Shown piece by piece: positions 1-7,335 of a DNA stretch of 14,120 bases. Position numbers and translations under genes: made by a program. Numbering within the stretch: position 1 is the first letter of the stretch; each line of letters starts with the position of its first letter. The notes below the pieces were generated by a model. That model worked only from the letters and a program-made list of their open reading frames with translations. It searched no databases and was not told the DNA's origin. The DNA comes from Candidatus Wukongarchaeum yapensis (GTDB lineage Archaea; Asgardarchaeota; Wukongarchaeia; Wukongarchaeales; Wukongarchaeaceae): contig JAEOSI010000034.1 in NCBI GenBank assembly GCA_016840425.1, positions 1 to 14,120 on the forward strand, read 5' to 3'.

Positions 1-1
1 A

Positions 2-3000
2 AAGGCCTTAAATGTTTATGATTTTGATACTGCGATAAAACTCTGGTTAAAATCTGTTGAGATTTTTCTTAAAATTGAGAGCAAAGATGATGCTAGCGCC
101 ATACTTAACAACATCGGGTTAGTGTATCGTGCTTTGGGTAGGTTTCAGGAAGCCTTAGAACATTATCAAAAATCTCTTAAAATATCTGAGGAGATAGGAA
201 GCAGGGAAGGAGAAGCAGCGAGCATTAACAACATAGGATTACTATATCGTGTTTGGGGCAGGTATCAGGAAGCCTTAGAACATTATCAAAAATCCCTTAA
301 AATATTTGAAGAGATAGGAGATAGGGCAGGAGAAGGTACAACCCTTAACAACATCGGGTTAGTATATCGTGCTTTGGGTAGGTATCAAGAAGCCTTAGAA
401 CATTATCAAAAATCTCTCAAAATACGCGAGGAGTTAGGGGACATAGCAGGAAAAGGAGTGACCCTTAGCAACATAGGGTCAGTGTATCGTCATTGGGGTA
501 GGTATCAGGAAGCCTTAGAATATCATCAAAAATCCCTTAAAATAAGCGAGGAGATAGGGGACAGGGCAGGAGAAGGTACAACCCTTAACAACATCGGGTT
601 AGTATATCGTGCTTTGGGTAGGTATCAGGAAGCCTTAGAATATCATCAAAAATCTCTTAGAATACGCCAGGAGATAGAAGACAGGGCAGGAGAAGGTACA
701 ACCCTTAACAATATCGGGGAAGTGTATTATGCCTGGGGTAGGTTTCAGGAAGCCTTAGAACATTATCAAAAAGCGCTGAAAATACAAGAAGAGTTAGAGG
801 ATAGGGCAGGAAAAGGAGTGGCCCTTAATAACATCGGGGGAGTGTATTATGCCTGGGGTAGGTTTCAGGAAGCCTTAGAATATCATCAAAAAGCGCTGAA
901 AATACGCGAGGAGATCGGGGACAGGGCAGGAGAAGGTACAACCCTTAACAATATAGGGTTAGTGTATTATGCCTGGGGTAGGTTTCAGAAAGCCTTAGAA
1001 TATTATCAAAAATCTCTTAAAATACGCGAGGAGATAGGGGATAGGGCAGGAGAAGGTACAACCCTCGGCAACATGGGGTTATTGTATGATGCTTGGGGTA
1101 AGTATCAGGAAGGCATAGAATATTATCAAAAATCTCTTAAAATACGCGAGGAGATAGGGGACAGAAAAGGAGAAGCCATAGCCCTTAACAACATCGGGGG
1201 GGTTTATGATTCTTGGGGCAGGTATCAGGAAGCCGTAGAACATTATCAAAAAGCGTTGAAAATATTTGAGGAGATAGGGGACAGGCTAGGAGAAGGCACA
1301 ACCCTTAACAATATAGGGCTAGTGTATTATGCCTGGGATAGGTTTCAGGAAGCCTTAGAATATTATCAAAAATCTCTTAAAATATGCGAGGAGATAGGGG
1401 GCAGAAAAGGAGAAGCCATAAGCCTCGGCAACATCGGGTTAGTGTATCGTGCTTTGGGTAGGTTTCAGGAAGCCTTAGAATATTATCAAAAAGCGTTGAA
1501 AATATTTGAGGAGATAGGGGACAGGCTAGGAGAAGGCGCAACCCTTAACAACATGGGGTTAGTGTATGATGCTTGGGGAAAGGGTAGGGAATCCATAGAA
1601 CATTATCAAAAAGCGTTAAAAATGTGCGATGAAATGGGGGCTCGTGGTGATTTACAGGTTGTTTTGAATAATATTGGTTGCTTGTACAGGTCTTTAGGCG
1701 AGTTTGAGCAAGCTTTTGACCATTTCAAGAGATCCATTGATCTTGCTGAAACCTTGGTTTCTGGAGCTTCTTCTGAGCTTATAAGGACTAGCTACCGCGC
1801 TTCTCTTATACATGTTTACGCCTCGGTTTCCGACCTTCTAGTTGAGGAGTTCAAGAGGGGTAAGGATGAAAAACATTTACTTGAAGCTTTACGTTTCATC
1901 GAGCTTTCTAAGGCGCGGGAAATAGTTGACAAATTAGAGAAAAAAGGAGAGGAAGAATTTGAAGCAGAACAGAAGATATGCCCTGAACATGAAGAACTTC
2001 TGGAGAAACAAAAGGAACTGATGCTGGAACTCGCTCAAAAAGAAGAAGAGATCAGGAAAACCGTTGAGAGGGAAGCCAAGGCACAGAGAACTACAGTTGG
2101 CGAGGTGGAAGCTCTTGGAAGCCAGTTACGCAAACTCCGCACAGAAATCATGAAAAAGTGCTGCGATCCGGGGCTTGCCAAACCCACCTCGGAATACAAC
2201 CCCTTGCCAGATTATGCCTCCTTGCTTTTGGAGAATAAGGGTGTTATGTGGGAGTTCATATACGATGAAAGGAGGGAAGGAGAGTTCAAGATTCTTGCTT
2301 GGAACGGGGAAAAAACAGAACTCCACGAAAGGGTTTTACCTGTTAAAAAACTTGAAGAAGCCATGAAAACTTTCCGTTCATGCCTCAGAGAAGGGAACAT
2401 TGAGAACGCTAAGAAGCTACTTCTAGCTGTCGCTAAAAGGCTTGGAAAAGCCATCTCAAAAGATCTGTGGAGCAGTTTAGATAAAAACTCTTTTTTGATA
2501 GTTATCCCCCACGGCAAACTGCATAATTTTCCTTGGGATATAGCCACAAACCCTGACAACGGCTTAGGTCTCAGCTTAAATCTCCCCACAGTCACAGCCT
2601 ACTCTCTTGGCGTTGTTAACAGTTGTACTAAAAAGGATAAGCGGGGCGAAGGCTTCTTGCTGGTGTCAAACCCGAACTTTAACATACCAGAGCTGAATCT
2701 TTCAGGTGCCGAAGAAGAGGTAGAAAAGATTTTGGAGGTTTTGGGAAAACACGATATTAAAGGCTATAAGTTAGGGGAGAAGGAGGCTACTGAAGAGAAT
2801 TTTCTTGAGGAGATGAAGTTTTACTCCGCAGTAATCCATTTTGCGGGGCACGGGTACTTTGACGCAGGCTATCCTTGGAACAGCTGTCTATACTTCTACA
2901 AACCTGAAGGAACCGAAAAGCTGACCTTAGATAAGTTGTTGATAGAGAGGTTTTCCGGCACTCCCCTCCTTGTTTTAAGCGCTTGTGAAACGGGAATAGG

Positions 3001-3277
3001 AGAAATGGAGAAAGGGAACGAACCTATCGGTTTAATCCGGGGTTTGCTTCTTGCTGGGGCTTCGAGTATTCTTGCTACGAATTGGGAGATGTTTGATGAA
3101 ATAGGACCGATCTTTATGGAGAGGTTCTACGAAACTTTGCTCAAGGGAAAACCTTTACATGAAACGGTCTTTGAGGCGAGGAAAACGGTTTTTGAAAAAG
3201 GTTTTGATAATCCTATCTATTGGGGCGTTTTCGGCCTCCACGGAAACCCTATAAAAACAATAAAAACGGCCCTTTGA
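2..3277 (+). CDS. TPR-repeat CHAT-domain (caspase-like) protease; 5' end lies outside the window
   Basis: The frame is open from base 2 (KALNVYDFDTAIKLWLKSVEIFLKIESKDDASAILNNIGLVY...), so the ORF-track GTG at 122 is internal. It has 14 40-aa TPR-like units, a coiled-coil-like linker, and CHAT motifs IHFAGHG (His codon 2849-2851) and VLSACETG (Cys codon 2984-2986), plus ASSILATNW and YWGVFGLHG. It ends in a TGA TAA double stop. Confidence 0.93.
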   Translation, partial: KALNVYDFDTAIKLWLKSVEIFLKIESKDDASAILNNIGLVYRALGRFQEALEHYQKSLKISEEIGSREGEAASINNIGLLYRVWGRYQEALEHYQKSLKIFEEIGDRAGEGTTLNNIGLVYRALGRYQEALEHYQKSLKIREELGDIAGKGVTLSNIGSVYRHWGRYQEALEYHQKSLKISEEIGDRAGEGTTLNNIGLVYRALGRYQEALEYHQKSLRIRQEIEDRAGEGTTLNNIGEVYYAWGRFQEALEHYQKALKIQEELEDRAGKGVALNNIGGVYYAWGRFQEALEYHQKALKIREEIGDRAGEGTTLNNIGLVYYAWGRFQKALEYYQKSLKIREEIGDRAGEGTTLGNMGLLYDAWGKYQEGIEYYQKSLKIREEIGDRKGEAIALNNIGGVYDSWGRYQEAVEHYQKALKIFEEIGDRLGEGTTLNNIGLVYYAWDRFQEALEYYQKSLKICEEIGGRKGEAISLGNIGLVYRALGRFQEALEYYQKALKIFEEIGDRLGEGATLNNMGLVYDAWGKGRESIEHYQKALKMCDEMGARGDLQVVLNNIGCLYRSLGEFEQAFDHFKRSIDLAETLVSGASSELIRTSYRASLIHVYASVSDLLVEEFKRGKDEKHLLEALRFIELSKAREIVDKLEKKGEEEFEAEQKICPEHEELLEKQKELMLELAQKEEEIRKTVEREAKAQRTTVGEVEALGSQLRKLRTEIMKKCCDPGLAKPTSEYNPLPDYASLLLENKGVMWEFIYDERREGEFKILAWNGEKTELHERVLPVKKLEEAMKTFRSCLREGNIENAKKLLLAVAKRLGKAISKDLWSSLDKNSFLIVIPHGKLHNFPWDIATNPDNGLGLSLNLPTVTAYSLGVVNSCTKKDKRGEGFLLVSNPNFNIPELNLSGAEEEVEKILEVLGKHDIKGYKLGEKEATEENFLEEMKFYSAVIHFAGHGYFDAGYPWNSCLYFYKPEGTEKLTLDKLLIERFSGTPLLVLSACETGIGEMEKGNEPIGLIRGLLLAGASSILATNWEMFDEIGPIFMERFYETLLKGKPLHETVFEARKTVFEKGFDNPIYWGVFGLHGNPIKTIKTAL
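101..1780 (+). repeat. Intragenic tandem array of 14 x 120-bp (40-aa) TPR units
   Basis: Units start at 101, 221, 341 ... 1661 with exact 120-bp spacing and no indels. Units at 701 and 821 differ at 18 of 120 nt by my count. The last two units are more diverged. Confidence 0.95.
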
Positions 3278-3314
3278 TAAGGAATATAAACTTCTTACCG
3301 ATCCTTTTGACCCC

Positions 3315-3415
3315 TTAAAATGATCTTATCTTCTTAGTTTCGGGTGCGTCTGGGTATTTTAGCTATATTGCCCAGCATAAAAATATTTGTGAGTACCCTG
3401 TTTCTTTTGAAATTT
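3315..3415 (-). pseudogene. Orphan 3' fragment homologous to the HhH-like gene at 4724-5410
   Basis: It translates as ISKETGYSQIFLCWAI*LKYPDAPETKKIRSF* versus ISRETGYSQIFLCWAIWLKYSDAPKTKQLNLL*. 3334-3415 aligns to 4743-4824 with 13 mismatches in 82 nt and no gaps, including a TGG>TAG nonsense change. There is no homology beyond 3415. Confidence 0.88.
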
Positions 3416-3484
3416 GTTAAACCTATTGTAAAACTGTTTAGTTTTCATGGTTTTTCATAGTTTTGTTAAACCTATTGTAAAACT
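3413..3484 (+). repeat. Exact 23-bp direct repeat pair (tttgttaaacctattgtaaaact) at 3413-3435 and 3462-3484
   Basis: Read directly, with a period of 49 bp. The 19-bp core also occurs inverted at 4720-4738. Confidence 0.92.
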
Positions 3485-3859
3485 TGTTTTTGATTTTTTT
3501 TAACTTTTTTTTAAAAAACTCGGTAGCGGATATGAGTCCGCTAAGGACTTGTTGAGCGTTTCTTTTTATGTTTTTTTTCTCTTTTTTTGCGGGTTGTTTT
3601 TCCTTGCTTGTTTTTCTGTTTTCTAGTTTTTCCTCCGCTTTTTGCGGTTTTTTACATAATAATCGCTTTGGATAACGTTAATTTCTTAAAAAAAGCAGAA
3701 TATTAACATTAGTCGGGATTCTGGGCAAAAATGGGAGTTATTTATACTCTTTGTTTTCTATAGCTTCAAGACAAAATACAAGCATCTCAACTTCACCAAT
3801 TCACAATTTCAAACTTCTGTCAATTTTAGAATGCGTAAATATAAATAGTCCTAAAGTTA

Positions 3860-3898
3860 GTTATATATTGCCCCACAAGATGTGGGTGAAACAAGGAG
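3860..3898 (+). promoter_or_regulatory. Putative TATA box, palindrome and RBS for the CxxC-x17-CxxC gene
   Basis: TTATATAT at about 3861-3868, perfect palindrome CCCACA-aga-TGTGGG at 3872-3886, and AGGAG at 3894-3898, which ends 9 nt before the ATG at 3908. Confidence 0.5.
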
Positions 3899-3907
3899 AA
3901 AAAATAA

Positions 3908-4048
3908 ATGTATAGAGATAGAAAAATGTATCCGATAACATGTTCAGATTGTGGCGAAGAAGCTGAAGTCCCGTTTAAACCTGACGGCACAAGGCCTGTA
4001 TACTGCAAGGAATGTTATCAGAAACATAGACCAGCAAGAAGATATTAG
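3908..4048 (+). CDS. Small CxxC-x17-CxxC putative zinc-binding protein, 46 aa (not in ORF track)
   Basis: MYRDRKMYPITCSDCGEEAEVPFKPDGTRPVYCKECYQKHRPARRY*. The CxxC pairs are spaced by exactly 17 residues and the family-typical VPFKP...RPVYC motif is present. An RBS lies upstream. Confidence 0.9.
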   Translation: MYRDRKMYPITCSDCGEEAEVPFKPDGTRPVYCKECYQKHRPARRY

Positions 4049-4132
4049 AACTTTATGAATAAATATAAGGTTCTGAAAATTATTGTTTAAATCTAAACCT
4101 GATGTAAACGCTGTTTATTTTTCAGGTTTTTG

Positions 4133-4303
4133 TTTTTTTTTAAAAAGAGATGATTTTTTCTAATTATATGTAAATTTTTCTTTAAGTTCGTTTCAAATTT
4201 AAACTAAAAAATGTTAATAGATCTCTCGGCCCAAGTCTATTTGCTGAATTATTTTATATAGTTGTTTTTTAGGTTGTTGGAGAGGTTTTTTCTGGGTATT
4301 TTT
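4133..4303 (-). repeat. Copy 1 of a ~170-bp inverted repeat (partner at 12808-12980)
   Basis: 4141-4264 is the reverse complement of 12849-12972 with 2 substitutions in 124 nt. After an A-tract length difference and a short diverged patch, a further 20-bp exact match follows (aaaaatacccagaaaaaacc). Confidence 0.95.
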
Positions 4304-4521
4304 ATAATTTATCTTGTTTTTATTTTGTTTGCTTTATCGGTTAATTTATCTATGGAGATTTAAATTCCTACTCCTGAAGTAAAAGCATGTGATAAGAATA
4401 GTGATATTTTATATCATATTCAGTTTTGTGGGTAGTGTTATCTTTCTTTTTAAAATTTTTGAACCAGTAAAAATGGGTATATTATCTCTTAATTGCTGGG
4501 TTTTTTTTAGAGTTTGCCTTT

Positions 4522-4716
4522 ATGAGACCTGATTGGGTCCAGGATATTTTTGGCTTTAGAATTACAGCGGGCGTTATTGTAGCATTTATAGTGTCGGCTT
4601 TTTATTGGTTCATACAGTGGACATTACCAGCATATTTAATCAATAGATATTTGTTCAAAAGTGGTCTTTTAAAAGAAGGTCGATATAAGAAAAACCATAA
4701 AAAACCAAAAAACTAA
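4522..4716 (+). CDS. Small putative single-pass membrane protein, 64 aa
   Basis: ATG start, hydrophobic segment ITAGVIVAFIVSAFYWFIQW, and a basic tail. It converges on the HhH-like gene with a 7-bp gap. No family was recognised. Confidence 0.5.
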   Translation: MRPDWVQDIFGFRITAGVIVAFIVSAFYWFIQWTLPAYLINRYLFKSGLLKEGRYKKNHKKPKN

Positions 4717-4750
4717 ATAAGTTTTACAATAGGTTTAATTGTTTAGTTTT
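4709..4750. terminator. Imperfect hairpin spanning two convergent stop codons; possible bidirectional terminator
   Basis: aaaactaaataa (4709-4720) pairs with ttgtttagtttt (4739-4750) at 11 of 12 positions around an 18-nt loop. Confidence 0.35.
4720..4738 (-). repeat. Third, inverted copy of the 19-bp motif ttaaacctattgtaaaact
   Basis: agttttacaataggtttaa is the exact reverse complement of 3417-3435 and 3466-3484. It encodes the last codons and stop (LNLL*) of the HhH-like gene. Confidence 0.92.
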
Positions 4751-5410
4751 GGGCGCATCTGAGTATTTTAACCAAATCGCCCAGCACAAAAATATTTGCG
4801 AGTATCCTGTTTCTCTTGAGATTTTTTCTATTTCTTTAATGATTTGTATGTCATCTTCTACTTTTATTCCAAAGTCTTGTTCCATGACCCGTTTAATTAT
4901 TTTATCAGGCATAGTTGTGTCTACACCTGCTTGCATACGAAGGTATTGAAAAGTTATGAGCCCTACTCCCTTTATTCTCCCCATCGGGTCTTCTTTCCAG
5001 TTTTCATAATCTGTTTTTTCTGCCCAGTATTTTAAAGCTTCGAAATCGTTTCTAAATCCTTTCTCTTTTTTAATTTTGTTAAGTATTTTGCAGATGTTTA
5101 CTGCAGCATCCCATAAGCGTTTATTCTTCATTATGTTGAGGAGGCGGGAATCTTTTGGAGATATGTTTGAAAATTTCTCTATTGAATCTATCTTTCCTGT
5201 TTTCACATAAAGCTCATTAAACCTCTTTACGCGGGGTACCACGATTTTAAAGTAGTTTAAACCAATTGAGTCAAGGGCACTATCAACCACAATTAAAACA
5301 ACGTTACCACACCATCTTTTACCATTTTTCACCCTTTGTTCGTATTCTCTTGCTTTTTCTAAAACCTCCAAGTATCTCTCTTCTAAAACTTTTTTAAGCA
5401 CTAATCGCAC
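4724..5410 (-). CDS. Hypothetical protein with helix-hairpin-helix (HhH-GPD/DNA-glycosylase-like) motif
   Basis: 228-aa ORF with GRIKGVGLITFQYLRMQAGVDTTMPD, which resembles an HhH motif followed by a PD aspartate. The true start may be the GTG at 5401, which lies 6 nt after GGGGTG. Confidence 0.6.
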   Translation of the reverse strand: MRLVLKKVLEERYLEVLEKAREYEQRVKNGKRWCGNVVLIVVDSALDSIGLNYFKIVVPRVKRFNELYVKTGKIDSIEKFSNISPKDSRLLNIMKNKRLWDAAVNICKILNKIKKEKGFRNDFEALKYWAEKTDYENWKEDPMGRIKGVGLITFQYLRMQAGVDTTMPDKIIKRVMEQDFGIKVEDDIQIIKEIEKISRETGYSQIFLCWAIWLKYSDAPKTKQLNLL

Positions 5411-5514
5411 CCCTTAAAACGAACAATCATGCAAAATAGGACAAAAATAGTTGATGATATCAATAATAGGTGTTAAGAGTCAAACGGGGTTTTTCAGTCT
5501 TTTTTTGATTTGGT

Positions 5515-6303
5515 TCAGGTTTTTGTAAGTTTTGTTAAGTGTTCGTTTATCGTTTTTGTCGCCATTGAAAGGATTTCTTTGTTGTTGTAGGTTTTTAGGA
5601 TTTTTTGAAGTTCTTCTCTTTTTTTCTTTGTGTTTATGATGTTTTGTGTGATCTGGATCATTTCAGGTATCGTTCTCGTGATGTTGTTGACTATTGTTAT
5701 GTTTGCTTCTTGCGCTGTCCTGCTTAGGGGGTTTAAATCTATCGTGATTACTTGTTTTTCAAGTTTCCTTAAGGCAATGGTTCTGTCGCCGTCTTCTAAG
5801 GGGACCATCACAACATCTGCTATCAAAATGCCTTCGGGGTCCACTTTACGGCGAGGATGAGAAAGTTCGGGGATGGTGGCTGAGGCTGATTCTCCAACGC
5901 CTAAAACCTTTTCCGCTCCTGCTGTTTCCAAGACTTTTTTTATAGCTTCTTCTCTTTTCTTAGTCCTGTAAAAGAGGTTTACTTCAAGTTTTGCTTTTAA
6001 AAGTTTTGAAAGTTGAACAATTTCGTAAGGTACAAGGGCTGCAACATTCCCGTTTACAGAGATAACAGGGTTTTTAGCTAAAATAAGGGTTGCAACTGCA
6101 GCCTTTTCAGCCTTTTCAGCAAAATGATGTGTTTTCTCCCCTAAAATATAGTCAAAAGCTTCCCCCCTGCCATGTGCTATTAAACCTGCAACGGCCACAA
6201 AACCTTCCTTAAACCCTTCAATCAACTGTTCCCTAATCTTTATAGATTCTGCCCTAGGATGATCCTCTGGAACATGAAAATCCTCATCATCCACTATAAC
6301 CAC
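5515..6303 (-). CDS. pps: Phosphopantothenate synthetase (4-phosphopantoate--beta-alanine ligase)
   Basis: Motifs HPRAESIKIRE, GLIAHGRGEAFDYILGE, SVNGNVAAL, VPLEDGDRT and IDLNPLSRTA. It lies 1 bp downstream of pantoate kinase. Confidence 0.93.
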   Translation of the reverse strand: MVIVDDEDFHVPEDHPRAESIKIREQLIEGFKEGFVAVAGLIAHGRGEAFDYILGEKTHHFAEKAEKAAVATLILAKNPVISVNGNVAALVPYEIVQLSKLLKAKLEVNLFYRTKKREEAIKKVLETAGAEKVLGVGESASATIPELSHPRRKVDPEGILIADVVMVPLEDGDRTIALRKLEKQVITIDLNPLSRTAQEANITIVNNITRTIPEMIQITQNIINTKKKREELQKILKTYNNKEILSMATKTINEHLTKLTKT

Positions 6304-6304
6304 C

Positions 6305-7228
6305 TCAATCCTCTTGGCCCAAAATCCTCACACTTTTAAAATCAACCCTTGTTACAAAGGTTTTTTCCCTATCTATATCCATATCACGAATAAACTCCTC
6401 AACATCATCTACGAAAAAGAAAGCAGATCCCCCAAGCATCACCTGAGAACAGTTAAGATAACCATGCTCTAAAGCATGAAGAAGAAGAACCCTAATAGGT
6501 TTGGGTAACAAACCGCTTTTTTCCGCGAACATGCGAGAAAAATTACAAAAATTCTCCAGTGAAAGATTCTCTAAAAGTTTACCTATTAAAGGCTCGCAAG
6601 CATCATTTATCTTCCTCTTTTTTAAAGGATTAGAAAGAACCTTCTTACTAATCTTTGAAACATAAACGCAAACAACATCACGTTCAGACACTGAAAAATT
6701 GAGAATTCCGCCAACTTCCGGCGCTCCAGGTTCTAACCTAATCTCAAAACCTCCAACACTGACCCCTATAACGTCTCCCAACCCGGTACCATTAACGATT
6801 TCAGCTTTATGTGCTAACTGGAAAACTTCTACCCGTGACAAAGGATCTCCTAAAAAATCGTTAAGAGCAAAAGCAGCACTCAACGCCCCTGCAGCACTTG
6901 TACCAAAACCATAACCTGGGGGAATCATCATCTCTTGAGATATAACAACCCTCGCCCCCACCCCTACCTCCTTCAAAACTTCTAAGGCCGCTGTTTTAGA
7001 AGTTTCAGCCCGAAAAAGTCTCCCTCCGCTAAAAATTTTAACGCCCATTTTCCCACTTTCTACTGGTTTAAACTCGCTCACCCAGCTCTTAACCCCATGA
7101 TTGATAGAAAATCCTGCCCCAAGAGAGCCCTTCTTAAGCAAATCCTCTTCCTCATCATGTATCGAGAAGAAACCCGTGACATGTCCTGGGCAAAAAGCCA
7201 CGCTACGCTCCAAAAAACTCATCCTCAT
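6305..7228 (-). CDS. pok: Pantoate kinase (GHMP kinase family)
   Basis: Motifs AFCPGHVTGFF, KGSLGAGF, the GHMP loop PPGYGFGTSAAGAL, and AHKAEIVNGTGLGDV. It is adjacent to pps. Confidence 0.92.
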   Translation of the reverse strand: MRMSFLERSVAFCPGHVTGFFSIHDEEEDLLKKGSLGAGFSINHGVKSWVSEFKPVESGKMGVKIFSGGRLFRAETSKTAALEVLKEVGVGARVVISQEMMIPPGYGFGTSAAGALSAAFALNDFLGDPLSRVEVFQLAHKAEIVNGTGLGDVIGVSVGGFEIRLEPGAPEVGGILNFSVSERDVVCVYVSKISKKVLSNPLKKRKINDACEPLIGKLLENLSLENFCNFSRMFAEKSGLLPKPIRVLLLHALEHGYLNCSQVMLGGSAFFFVDDVEEFIRDMDIDREKTFVTRVDFKSVRILGQED

Positions 7229-7335
7229 CCAAAATCTCGATCAAAAATAATTACCTTAAAACTCTTTTCGAGAACCTATTTAAAAAACAACCCCCCTTAT
7301 CCTCTAAATACTTGATTTAAAAGCTGGTTTGATGG

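Noticed and set aside
101-1780. Diversity-generating retroelement acting on the TPR units
   Set aside because: There is no reverse transcriptase or template repeat in the window. The variation includes many C/T and block changes rather than adenine-specific substitutions.
3349-3360. 12-bp match tctgggtatttt shared with 4291-4302
   Set aside because: Matches of this length are expected by chance in an AT-rich 14-kb window, although it could be microhomology.
3413-3484. Mini CRISPR array
   Set aside because: There are only two 23-bp repeats with a 26-bp low-complexity spacer, no leader and no cas genes. The motif is better explained as a copy of the sequence at 4720-4738.
3540-3660. Lys-rich open frame on the minus strand
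   Set aside because: It has no start codon after the preceding stop and arises from low-complexity T-runs.
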